Positions 9,317 to 17,630 of a stretch of 24,000 nt of DNA are shown here, piece after piece. The number at the start of each line of letters is the position of its first letter. Position 1 is the stretch's first letter. The position numbers and the translations under genes were made by a program. The notes beneath the pieces were generated by a model that searched no databases, was not told the DNA's origin, and saw nothing but the letters and a program-made list of their open reading frames with translations. Origin of the DNA: Candidatus Heimdallarchaeota archaeon (GTDB lineage: Archaea; Asgardarchaeota; Heimdallarchaeia; Heimdallarchaeales; Heimdallarchaeaceae); assembly GCA_030668825.1 (NCBI GenBank), contig DAOVET010000015.1:135-24134 (forward strand), given 5' to 3'.

Positions 9317-10726
9317 GTGTTATGTTTGCCGGCAATATCTAGTTGTAGCTTTTGTAGTAGTCCAGCACAATACTATTGTAAGTCATGTAAGAGAAAACTT
9401 TGTACTGAACATATTCATATATCAAATACAGTATACTTTTGCTCAACTTGTGAAACTGAGAGCCTTGATTCAAAATGTCATAAATGTGGTTCAGCTACAG
9501 AATTTTCCAGAAATGAGCCTACTAATAGCTGTGAATGGTGTAGATCAATAGATGTGGAAGATGGACTTCTTTATCATCAACAACTTCCACATTTGATATT
9601 TTCTTCATTTACTCTGTTGAACAAGAAGCTTGCACAAGTGTGGGATCTTACTCAGAAATATCTTGAAATTGTTAAGAACGTCTTTGAAATGAGAAAAGCG
9701 AAAATTATGCTTTTTGGTGATGTGGAAGATGAAATTACTTTACTTAGAAGCAAAATTTCAATATTCATTGATCAACTTGTCAAATTTGAAAATGATACTT
9801 TTGCAATGGTTGATGAGAAACTACGTGCAATCGGATATATGCGATTTACAAACGTGGATAACATAGAAAGAGGGGAAGAAATTCTTAATTTGCTTCAAAA
9901 TAGATTGGATTTACTTGATACAACCATAAAGTCAAAGTTTAATGAGATGGATGAAGATTTTCAAACCCTTAATCAAAAAGTAGATTTTCTTGGTTTTCAA
10001 TTTCGTTTGTTAAGTAAGATTTATCATCTCCTACCTGAAGACAAAGAAGAACATCTAATTTCTATTCTTCCACGGATTTGGCTAAAGAAGAACACTAAAT
10101 TACCAAAGAAATATCTTGTTGTTCTGACTAGTAAGAATTTATACTTGCTCCGAGAAAAGGGTTTGTTTAATGTTAGATTAAAAACAAAAGAAACCATAAG
10201 CTTGTCGTATATTATAAACAAGCAATATATTTCCAGATTATTATCTCGCAACATGTTTCGCTTCAAAACCAGATTAGATTCATATTCATTTCTTGGAAGA
10301 AAGAAGAGCCTTGAACAATTTATGATTTATTTTGAAATCATCGAAAATTACATAGATTATTCAATTCATAAATCCTCAATAATTGAAGACCTCAAGTACT
10401 ATTCACTCACTATTAATGAATTAAAAACCAACATACAAAGAAATGTAAGTCACCTTCGTGCTTATTTGCTTAATAAACGTGAATTGAAACGCGAATTATA
10501 CTGGAGAGAAGGACAAGATGCGAGATTCAAGAAACTGTTTGAGCAACTACTAGCTGTAGAACGAAAGATACATCGATTAAATGAAACCAGAAGGTATGGT
10601 TCTCGAGGTACCAAAGGTATAGATGGATTATTAAGGAAACTAACCAGTGAACATCATAGGCTCAAACGACATTTAGATGATATTCAAAGAAAAAGTGAAG
10701 AATTTGATGACATGTGGGAACTTTGA
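9317..10726 (+). CDS. B-box-like zinc finger / second zinc ribbon / coiled-coil protein with a possible PH-like domain (TRIM-like layout)
   Basis: 469 aa, GTG start. N-terminus C-x2-C-x7-C-x2-C-x4-C-x2-H-x9-C-x2-C followed by CHKC...CEWC, then long heptad-like helices, a beta-rich stretch 'LPKKYLVVLTSKNLYLLREKGLFNVRLKTKETISL', and C-terminal coiled coil. Confidence 0.6.
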   Translation: MLCLPAISSCSFCSSPAQYYCKSCKRKLCTEHIHISNTVYFCSTCETESLDSKCHKCGSATEFSRNEPTNSCEWCRSIDVEDGLLYHQQLPHLIFSSFTLLNKKLAQVWDLTQKYLEIVKNVFEMRKAKIMLFGDVEDEITLLRSKISIFIDQLVKFENDTFAMVDEKLRAIGYMRFTNVDNIERGEEILNLLQNRLDLLDTTIKSKFNEMDEDFQTLNQKVDFLGFQFRLLSKIYHLLPEDKEEHLISILPRIWLKKNTKLPKKYLVVLTSKNLYLLREKGLFNVRLKTKETISLSYIINKQYISRLLSRNMFRFKTRLDSYSFLGRKKSLEQFMIYFEIIENYIDYSIHKSSIIEDLKYYSLTINELKTNIQRNVSHLRAYLLNKRELKRELYWREGQDARFKKLFEQLLAVERKIHRLNETRRYGSRGTKGIDGLLRKLTSEHHRLKRHLDDIQRKSEEFDDMWEL

Positions 10727-10750
10727 GAACTTAATATGGTTCTTATCCAC

Positions 10751-11131
10751 TTAATTCTTCCATACTTTAAGAAACTCAGGCATTATCTCAAACTTTACAA
10801 TTGGGATGCTTAACCATTTAGGATCTGTAGCATCATTAGAGAATTCAATTGTTTCATCTGTTGCTGTTTTATACCTTAAGAATGACTTTGTAGGCATTTC
10901 TTCTTCAACAGTCCACAGAATTATTGGAAGTGCATTAAGTTCGTAATATCCTAAACTTGTGTTAAAAACGAAGTATATTGTCCTATCAGCTTCCTCAAAA
11001 TGACCAATATATCCCGCAATTCGGTCTGGGCCAACACTGGAAATAACTAATCTAACCAAATCTTTCAAAGATGCTAGTTTGATTCCAGCCGGTGGTTTTA
11101 GATTCTTAGTATTTTCTGCCATAGTAATCAC
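10751..11131 (-). CDS. Hypothetical protein encoded directly downstream of the V-ATPase proteolipid gene
   Basis: 126-aa ORF, 27 bp after the end of the upstream same-strand gene; no family recognised. Possibly starts at the second Met (MAENTKN). Confidence 0.6.
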   Translation of the reverse strand: MITMAENTKNLKPPAGIKLASLKDLVRLVISSVGPDRIAGYIGHFEEADRTIYFVFNTSLGYYELNALPIILWTVEEEMPTKSFLRYKTATDETIEFSNDATDPKWLSIPIVKFEIMPEFLKVWKN

Positions 11132-11158
11132 TGAAAAAAGGAAAGTAAAGAGAGGGAA

Positions 11159-11458
11159 TTAGAATACAAGTAGGATAGCTACTAGTAGACCATAAATAGC
11201 CACGGCTTCAATCAACACTATGAAGAGAAAAGCTTTTCCGAAAATTTCAGGTTTTTCCACAATAGCACCTATGGCTGCACTTCCTGCCATCGCCATTCCT
11301 ATGGCGGCTGCAGCTCCAGCTATACCAACTGCTAGAGCTGCAGCGATTGGGGTTAAATCTGGAGTTTGAGCTAAAGCTGTTTCTGAGGCAAGAATCACTA
11401 AACTTGTTATTATTGTCATAAATGCAAAATTTCTTTTAGATTTCTTTTGAAAACGCAT
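11159..11458 (-). CDS. atpK: V-type ATP synthase subunit K (proteolipid/c subunit)
   Basis: 99 aa; glycine/alanine-rich TM hairpin 'LAVGIAGAAAAIGMAMAGSAAIGAIVEKPEIFGKAFLFIVLIEAVAIYGLLVAILLV' with the ion-binding Glu in 'LIEAVAIYG'; preceded by a signal-like hydrophobic segment. Confidence 0.93.
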   Translation of the reverse strand: MRFQKKSKRNFAFMTIITSLVILASETALAQTPDLTPIAAALAVGIAGAAAAIGMAMAGSAAIGAIVEKPEIFGKAFLFIVLIEAVAIYGLLVAILLVF

Positions 11459-11573
11459 ACAATTACACCTATTTTATAAGACCAACTATCGTAGGTCAAT
11501 TTAAAAATTTCGGAAAGACAGCAAATCATGTTTTGAGTTAAAATAAATTCTGAAACAATACATATAATAACCA

Positions 11574-11588
11574 CGAAAGCTTAAATAT
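11574..11588 (+). promoter_or_regulatory. Likely BRE/TATA element of the ESCRT operon
   Basis: CGAAAGCTTAAATAT about 32 nt before the ATG at 11620, consistent with an archaeal promoter and a very short leader. Confidence 0.5.
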
Positions 11589-11619
11589 GAATATACAATA
11601 ACTAAACGCAGTGATTTAG

Positions 11620-12234
11620 ATGTTCCGTGACTTTATGGGTTGGCTTTTGGGTACAAAGAAGAGTCCTCGTGACCACATAATTAATCTTCGATTAACTGTA
11701 AGAAGATTAGAAAGAGCACAAAGGAAACTTTCTCGAGATGAATCCAAGATGCAGTTGAAAATGAAACAAAACATCCAACGAGGAGATTTGGAATCTGCAA
11801 GATTATTTGCTACTGATATTGTACGCAACAGAAGATGGGAATTTGGTTATCAGAAACTAGTCTCGCGTATGAATGGTCTAATCTTTAAATTAGAACGAGC
11901 TGATACAGCAGCAAGCATGGCTGAAGAAATGCATGGTATTGCTTCTGCTTTACGAACAGCAAATGCTCAATTACAGATTCCAGATTTAGATAGAGTTATT
12001 CAAGATATGGAAAGTTCAATTGATGGAATCGAAGAGTCAACAGGAACAATTGAAGATGGTATTGACGATTTACTAATTGCTGATACTGATCCAGCTGAAG
12101 TCGATAGATTAATTGAACAAACAGCTGCTGAATTAGGTGTTTCCACTCAAGCTGGATTACCAACAGTTGGTGTAGTGCAAACAGATGATTTAGAGGACGA
12201 AATCCAGAAATTAAGAAGAAGAGAAGAGGATTAA
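11620..12234 (+). CDS. ESCRT-III (Snf7-family) protein, Vps2/24/46 (CHMP1-3)-like class
   Basis: 204 aa; basic N-terminal helices 'LRLTVRRLERAQRKLSRDESKMQLKMKQNIQRGDLESARLFATDIVRNRRWEFGYQKLVSRMNGLIFKLERA' and acidic C-terminus with MIM1-like 'DDLEDEIQKLRRR'. Confidence 0.88.
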   Translation: MFRDFMGWLLGTKKSPRDHIINLRLTVRRLERAQRKLSRDESKMQLKMKQNIQRGDLESARLFATDIVRNRRWEFGYQKLVSRMNGLIFKLERADTAASMAEEMHGIASALRTANAQLQIPDLDRVIQDMESSIDGIEESTGTIEDGIDDLLIADTDPAEVDRLIEQTAAELGVSTQAGLPTVGVVQTDDLEDEIQKLRRREED

Positions 12235-12247
12235 AAGGTGAATAAAA

Positions 12248-12901
12248 ATGGTTAAGAATTGGCTTTTTGGAAAAAAAAGAAAAGAAGATGCTGATGCATT
12301 ATCTACACTCAAAGGACAACAAAACAGATTACAAGCAGAAGCTAGAAATCTTGAAAGGCAATCAGATGAACAGAAAATCTTAGCCTCAAAAATGCTCAAA
12401 GCTGGTAACAAAGCTGGAGCAAGACAAGCTCTTAAAAGAAGAGCTGTTTTCATGAAAAGGCTGAATACAGTTCATAACACAGGGATGAATTTACAAGCTC
12501 AGATAGATAGTATTCAAACAGCTACTTCAACCGCAGAAACTGTAAAAGCTATGGAACTTGGTACTAAAGTTGTTGGGGAGAAAATCAAAAGCGTTTCTCC
12601 TGAGAGAACAGAACGTGTTATGGATTCCGTAATGGAACAGAGAGATCAAATTGAAATGATGACTGAAGCTCTATCTGATCCAAGCTTATCTGAAGGTATT
12701 CTAGATTTTGAAGATGATGCAGCTATTGATGAGCAGTTAGCTCAATTAGAAGCTGAGATGGATTTAGGTACAACAACAAGCTTACCTGATGTTAGTGGTC
12801 TTCCTTCAACTCCTGTTGGAACAGGTGACAAAGAAGAAGATACATCAGAGCTTGAAGCTGAGCTTGAGGGATTAAAGAAGAAAATGAAGGAAGATAATTA
12901 G
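12248..12901 (+). CDS. ESCRT-III (Snf7-family) protein, Vps20/32/60 (CHMP4-7)-like class
   Basis: 217 aa; 'QQNRLQAEARNLERQSDEQKILASKMLKAGNKAGARQALKRRAVFMKRLNTVHNTGMNLQAQIDSIQTA' resembles Snf7/Vps20/Vps60; C-terminal 'SELEAELEGLKKKM'. Confidence 0.88.
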   Translation: MVKNWLFGKKRKEDADALSTLKGQQNRLQAEARNLERQSDEQKILASKMLKAGNKAGARQALKRRAVFMKRLNTVHNTGMNLQAQIDSIQTATSTAETVKAMELGTKVVGEKIKSVSPERTERVMDSVMEQRDQIEMMTEALSDPSLSEGILDFEDDAAIDEQLAQLEAEMDLGTTTSLPDVSGLPSTPVGTGDKEEDTSELEAELEGLKKKMKEDN

Positions 12902-12935
12902 TTCTTCCTTTTTTTGTATTTTTATTTTTGTAAGT
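12899..12935 (+). terminator. T-rich run downstream of the second ESCRT-III gene
   Basis: TTAGTTCTTCCTTTTTTTGTATTTTTATTTTTGTAAG, typical archaeal poly-U termination region; may be partial readthrough into vps4. Confidence 0.4.
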
Positions 12936-13026
12936 TCTTAAAATCCATACTATGAAAATTATCAATGTGTTATGAAACAAAATGAAACATTTTATATTAG
13001 ATAAATGGAATAAATAGATAGAGGTT

Positions 13027-14178
13027 GTGAATCACGTGTCTGCTCAAGGATTAATAGATCATGCAAGAGATTTTGCAGTCAAAGCTTATTCCTTTGATAA
13101 AGAAAAAAACTACAGTGAAGCTATTCCACACTATTTAGATGCTGCTGAAGCTTTAATGAAAGCCATAAGATTTGAAAGAAACCCTCAAGTTGCTCGTTCT
13201 CTCAAGAAGAAAGCCAATATGTACATTAGTAGAGCAAGGGAACTAAGGGAACTTCTAGAGAAGAGAAAAGAAAGGAAATCCACTGCAGGAAGTGATGAGG
13301 AGGAAAAACTAGAAAATGCTATATCTGATATAATCGTTACAGAGAAACCAAATATTACTTTAAAAGATATAGCAGGTCTAGAAACCGCAAAGCAAACCTT
13401 GAGAGAAGCTATTGTTTTACCTCTGATGCGACCTGATTTATTCTCTGGAGCAAGAAAACCTTGGAAAGGTATTTTGCTTTTTGGTCCTCCTGGTTGTGGT
13501 AAAACTCTTTTAGCAAAAGCAACTGCAGCTGAAGTAGAAGCAACTTTCTTCAATGTTAGTGCATCTTCAATCATTTCAAAATGGCTTGGTGAATCAGAGA
13601 AATTGGTTAAACAGCTTTTCGAATTAGCAGATGAAAAACAACCCAGTATTATTTTTATTGATGAAGTTGATGCTTTAGCCGGCGCCAGAGGTGGAGAACA
13701 TGATGCAATGCGTAGAGTTAAAACTGAGCTCTTAACATCAATGGACGGATTATCGAGTTCCGAAACTGACAGAATAGTTACTGTAGGTGCTACTAATATG
13801 CCTGAATCTATAGACGGAGCATTCAGAAGAAGATTCGAGAGAAGAATTTACATTCCTTTACCAGATTTACCAGCTCGTTCAGCTATTTTTGTTTTCAATA
13901 CCAGGGGTGTTGAACTAGCTGAAGATGCTGATTTCGAAGTTCTAGCAGAAATTACAGAAGGTTATTCAGGTTCTGATATAGCAATGGTATGTAGAGAAGC
14001 AATCATGACTCCAATCAGAGAACTTGATATGGCTGGAGCTATTGAAGATACTTCAGTAGCTGCCCGGTCAGTAACCCAAGATGATTTTCTTGAAGCAATT
14101 GAATCAATTAACCCCTCTGTAAGTGATGATGAAATAGAAAAATACGATAACTGGAATGAAGAATTCGGCAGCGCATGA
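13027..14178 (+). CDS. vps4: Vps4-like AAA ATPase with N-terminal MIT domain
   Basis: MIT-like 'ARDFAVKAYSFDKEKNYSEAIPHYLDAAEALMKAIR'; Walker A 'GPPGCGKT'; Walker B 'IIFIDEVDAL'; 'GATNMPESIDGAFRRRFERRIYIPLPD'; GTG start. Confidence 0.95.
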   Translation: MNHVSAQGLIDHARDFAVKAYSFDKEKNYSEAIPHYLDAAEALMKAIRFERNPQVARSLKKKANMYISRARELRELLEKRKERKSTAGSDEEEKLENAISDIIVTEKPNITLKDIAGLETAKQTLREAIVLPLMRPDLFSGARKPWKGILLFGPPGCGKTLLAKATAAEVEATFFNVSASSIISKWLGESEKLVKQLFELADEKQPSIIFIDEVDALAGARGGEHDAMRRVKTELLTSMDGLSSSETDRIVTVGATNMPESIDGAFRRRFERRIYIPLPDLPARSAIFVFNTRGVELAEDADFEVLAEITEGYSGSDIAMVCREAIMTPIRELDMAGAIEDTSVAARSVTQDDFLEAIESINPSVSDDEIEKYDNWNEEFGSA

Positions 14179-14951
14179 TTCTAGAGGTTAAATCCATGTC
14201 TACCACTGAGAAGAAGAAGCCCAAGAAAGAGAGATCATCTGAAATAGATTTAAAAAAATTAAAAGATGAAAAAGAGATTTCAGATGAGAAATTAAAACTA
14301 ATTGAAGCCAGTATTAAAGGTTTGGAGATTACAGCTGAAGAATTGAAAGCTACTATGCCTGTTGATGCTGTTTTTATGAAAGAAGATCTCTCTAAAGATC
14401 AAAGGGCTATGCTTGAACTAGAATTTGAGGAAGAGCTTCCAAAATGGGTGAAGAGACCTTGGATGTATATCAAACCTAAGAAAACTGATCAAATTGAATC
14501 ATGGCTCCAGAGTTGGTCTGCGATAGTATTGGACTACTCCCGTATTTTTGTGATTCACATAATTAATATCAACGATTTGAGAAGTGGTCACCCCTTCAAT
14601 AACAAAAGTTTAGGTAAGAGATTAACCCTTGCACAGGTAAGAAGTATCATTGATCATTTAGTTCAACAGGATATTGCTCGTTGGTTAGATGAAAAAACAA
14701 AAACAAGGGCTCGCATTTATTGGAAATCAAATGAAGAATGGGCAGATGCACTATTAGACTTCATGCTAGATACTGGAAGAGTGGTTGAAATACACTCACT
14801 TTACGATTTAACTCAGTTGGAACAAAATTGGGGGAATTTGCCTGCTGATGATCTTATTATTGTGTGCGAAATGCTAGTAGAACGTAAAGTTGCTCGTTGG
14901 TTAAACAAAGAAAAAACAATAATTCAGTTTGAAGCTGATAAAGTGTTTTAG
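14175..14951 (+). CDS. vps25: Vps25-like ESCRT-II subunit
   Basis: 'KTDQIESWLQSWSAIVLDYSRIF...PFNNKSLGKRLTLAQVRSIIDHLVQQDIARWLDEKTKTRARIYWKSNEEWADALLDFMLDTGRVVEIHSLYDL' follows the Vps25 tandem winged-helix pattern. Overlaps the vps4 stop (ATGA); internal ATG at 14196 is an alternative start. Confidence 0.88.
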   Translation: MILEVKSMSTTEKKKPKKERSSEIDLKKLKDEKEISDEKLKLIEASIKGLEITAEELKATMPVDAVFMKEDLSKDQRAMLELEFEEELPKWVKRPWMYIKPKKTDQIESWLQSWSAIVLDYSRIFVIHIININDLRSGHPFNNKSLGKRLTLAQVRSIIDHLVQQDIARWLDEKTKTRARIYWKSNEEWADALLDFMLDTGRVVEIHSLYDLTQLEQNWGNLPADDLIIVCEMLVERKVARWLNKEKTIIQFEADKVF

Positions 14952-14966
14952 ACTTTTTTTTCTGAA

Positions 14967-15704
14967 TTATAGTCCCATTAAACCTGGAAACCAGAATTTT
15001 ACTCCTTCAGAATAGCTACGGTCAACTCTAGCTATGCTATTTTCTTCAAAGAATTTTAAACATCTATCTATTCGTTCTTCAGTCCAACTTGTTCTCATGA
15101 GTAAATCTTCCTTTGTAACAAAACCAACTCTGGATGCATAATTTAGAATAACATCATGGTCTGGACTAAACTCAACAGGAACAAATTCAACAATCTTCAA
15201 TCCTGAATCTAACACTCTATATGGTGGGATTAATTGAGTATTGATTAATTTCTCCAAGGATCGATACATATCATCAATTGAAACCATCCTCCCAGGACGA
15301 GTTTTATTTAGCTGTGTGAATAGTTCTCCGATTGCCATAATTCCACCGTTTTCTGATATCATCTGTTGCCCTATTTCAAGAATTTCATTAGCTAATACAT
15401 CAAAGAAGCCCTTTCCAGTAAGTTTATCTTTGAGAGTTGGAGTTTCTTTCCAGTCAAAACGTCCAATTTCGGTGGGTAATCCTAATTCTTCTCGCAGATT
15501 TGCTAATTTATCATAATAATCTTTATTTTCAGAGATCTTATCACCGTATTTTTTCTCAAACTTTTTCAGTTGTTTTTTGACTTCACTAATATTATTTACC
15601 ATCTGTTCTAATTCTTTAATCATTAGCTCTGCCGCTTTTACTTGAAAAGCTGACTTAATTTTGATCTTTTTCTCTATATCTCTTAAACCCACTTCTATCT
15701 CCAA
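14967..15704 (-). CDS. vps22: Vps22/SNF8 (EAP30-family) ESCRT-II subunit
   Basis: 'QLKKFEKKYGDKISENKDYYDKLANLREELGLP', 'FFDVLANEILEIGQQMISENGGIMAIGELFTQLNK', 'VPVEFSPDHDVILNYASRVGFVTKEDLLMRTSWTEERIDRCLKFFEENSIARVD...KFWFPGLM' match the SNF8 pattern along its length. Confidence 0.88.
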   Translation of the reverse strand: MEIEVGLRDIEKKIKIKSAFQVKAAELMIKELEQMVNNISEVKKQLKKFEKKYGDKISENKDYYDKLANLREELGLPTEIGRFDWKETPTLKDKLTGKGFFDVLANEILEIGQQMISENGGIMAIGELFTQLNKTRPGRMVSIDDMYRSLEKLINTQLIPPYRVLDSGLKIVEFVPVEFSPDHDVILNYASRVGFVTKEDLLMRTSWTEERIDRCLKFFEENSIARVDRSYSEGVKFWFPGLMGL

Positions 15705-15761
15705 CCTTGTTATTGTCTAGGACTTATTTATATCTTCTCAAATTAATTGATTAAACAATTA

Positions 15762-16076
15762 TTATACAGTGTTTGATAATTTTAAAAGCCATTTCTTTAT
15801 CTTTTCAGTTAAAGAGCTACTCTCCCTTGGTGAAAGAAAAGCTGCAAGTTTGTTTTTATATTTGTTAAAATATGAATTATAGACATTCATCATTTCTTCA
15901 TGGATTTGCTTACCTTCTTCTCCTAAATTCTTGATTTCGTATGAAATATCTTCCAATTCCTCAAGAATATAGCCCATATCTATCTTTATCTCTATCATGT
16001 TGATTAATTCAAACATTTCTTTTCTAATGTTAACAAATATCTCGTTAATAGAGCTAGTTCTTTCCAAGTAATTCAC
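15762..16076 (-). CDS. Small uncharacterised helical protein within the ESCRT-I/II block
   Basis: 104 aa, all-helical/coiled-coil-like, same strand and closely spaced (57 bp to vps22, 64 bp to the ESCRT-I-like gene). Confidence 0.6.
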   Translation of the reverse strand: MNYLERTSSINEIFVNIRKEMFELINMIEIKIDMGYILEELEDISYEIKNLGEEGKQIHEEMMNVYNSYFNKYKNKLAAFLSPRESSSLTEKIKKWLLKLSNTV

Positions 16077-16140
16077 CTAGTAACTTATATTAAAGAATGG
16101 AAAGAAAGGAATCTAGAACGTTTCAAGTCTTTTATTTACA

Positions 16141-17589
16141 TTAAAGTTCTTTCAATACTCTTCGAAAGTCATTTAACCAACGAGCTGCTTGAAATTCTAA
16201 TTTTTCGCAATCTTCTTCTTTAATGATCTCCTGCGGCTTATATTTTCCTATAATTTCACGCCAATTATTCATATCTCCAATAACCCAATGGTCTTTTGGT
16301 ATTGAAGGAAATGTTTTCAGAATGTGAATCATTTCTTCGATGTCTGCTATTATGAGATCTGCTCTAGCTACTGATCTTAATCTAGTTAAATCAATAAGTT
16401 CAATCGCAGATGAAACGAAATCAGCTGTTTTAGATGGGATTTTCTTGAGTGTATCAAATGGAATTGAGCTGGTATCTGCAGTTTCTTTCCCTTCAACAAC
16501 CATGAGTTGTTTGATTCCCTTTTGATATCTATTATTTAGATTCTCTCGTTTCACAAAATCATCTAAATTAAATCCTACTTTTTCTAATTCTAATCTTGTT
16601 TTGAAAATTCCTCTAATAAGCGCACGAAGTTGCTTTCTATAAGCAATCTGCTCAATTTCACTTTTTTCGTAACTGCTAACTAGATTGTCTAAAGTTGCAA
16701 TTGAAGCAAACAGATCAGCTTCCAAATTCAATATTTTTTCTTCTGCTTTTGTCATGTCACCACTTGAGCTACTTTTAACTTGAGTGAGTTGTTTCTCAGC
16801 TATAAAACCTTTTTTAGCATATCTTTTATGTAATTTGAGGTAATCAATATTAGTCATGTCACCATCCTCAAATTTTTCCTGTATTATTTCTAGAGTATCT
16901 TGGACAGATAATGATTCAGCTCTCAAATCGTCTTCTAATGATATAGAAATCTCTTTAGTTCTACTTTGTACAGCTATTCCGCCTTCTTTCAATAGAGCTT
17001 CTCTTTCTTTTTCTATATCTCTGGAAACATGCTCTATTTTATCTTGATAATTGACAATTGTTTTATCGATAGATCGTCTTTCTTCCTCAATTCTTGGATC
17101 TATACTTGCGAAAGAAGCTTGAGGTATTGTCTTCACAGGAATTGTTGCTCTAGGTAATGTTGAAAATCTTTGTTCCCCTTTTGGTTTCTTAGTCTTTGTC
17201 TTGTATGGTTTAGCAGGAACATTGATGAAAAGTTGTTTTATATCAATCATAACCTGATAAATATGATACCTAATTTCCCATTCTGCAAGAAGACGCATAC
17301 TTAATGTGCCATCTTCATCCACATTAGGGTGATTTACTTTAGGAGTAATATCAACAAATGGAGGTATTTCAGGGAAACCATCCTGAATGTAAATGTTGGC
17401 AAAAATTGGTATCTCAGTACCTTCTATTGTTCCAACATAGCCTTTCCATTGTTTCAAATTACCTCTAACAGGTTCGAAATTTATTTGTTTATCGAATACT
17501 AATTGCATTTCATTTGCAAGATGGAAATCGTCTGTGGAAATTTTGTTCACCTTTCTAATTATATCTCTAAATAACTTGATACCAATCAA
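16141..17589 (-). CDS. ESCRT-I-like fusion protein: UEV/E2-like UBC fold + coiled coil + steadiness-box-like segment + Vps28-like N- and C-terminal domains
   Basis: UBC pattern 'WKGYVGTIEG...ANIYIQDGFPEIPPFVDITPKVNHPNVDEDGTLSMRLLAEWEIRYHIYQVMIDIKQLF'. Then 'GDMTNIDYLKLHKRYAKKGFIAEKQL', 'EADLFASIATLDNLVSSYEKSEIEQIAYRKQLRALIRGIFKTRLELE' (Vps28-N-like) and 'TADFVSSAIELIDLTRLRSVARADLIIADIEEMIHILKTFPSIPKD...WREIIGKYKPQEIIKEEDCEKLEFQAARWLNDFRRVL' (Vps28-C-like). Confidence 0.8.
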   Translation of the reverse strand: MIGIKLFRDIIRKVNKISTDDFHLANEMQLVFDKQINFEPVRGNLKQWKGYVGTIEGTEIPIFANIYIQDGFPEIPPFVDITPKVNHPNVDEDGTLSMRLLAEWEIRYHIYQVMIDIKQLFINVPAKPYKTKTKKPKGEQRFSTLPRATIPVKTIPQASFASIDPRIEEERRSIDKTIVNYQDKIEHVSRDIEKEREALLKEGGIAVQSRTKEISISLEDDLRAESLSVQDTLEIIQEKFEDGDMTNIDYLKLHKRYAKKGFIAEKQLTQVKSSSSGDMTKAEEKILNLEADLFASIATLDNLVSSYEKSEIEQIAYRKQLRALIRGIFKTRLELEKVGFNLDDFVKRENLNNRYQKGIKQLMVVEGKETADTSSIPFDTLKKIPSKTADFVSSAIELIDLTRLRSVARADLIIADIEEMIHILKTFPSIPKDHWVIGDMNNWREIIGKYKPQEIIKEEDCEKLEFQAARWLNDFRRVLKEL

Positions 17590-17630
17590 AGTTTAAAAAA
17601 TGTTGCATTTGAAAAGCGAAAAATGACTAA

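Noticed and set aside
10024-10266. 80-aa - strand ORF; likewise 6383..6586, 1832..2029, 12792..12980, 15241..15516, 16340..16525, 16856..17047, 17962..18153 and 19945..20199
   Set aside because: All lie largely within, or run off the end of, well-supported longer genes on the other strand or frame, with no recognisable domain.
11616-12453. Minus-strand ORFs 11616..11828 and 12211..12453
   Set aside because: Antisense shadows of the two confidently assigned ESCRT-III genes.
13185-13574. 129-aa - strand ORF
   Set aside because: Antisense to vps4; composition is an artefact of the reverse frame.
17215-17589. Initially read as a canonical catalytic E2 enzyme
   Set aside because: No Cys in the domain and Ser at the catalytic position; UEV-type reader is the better reading.
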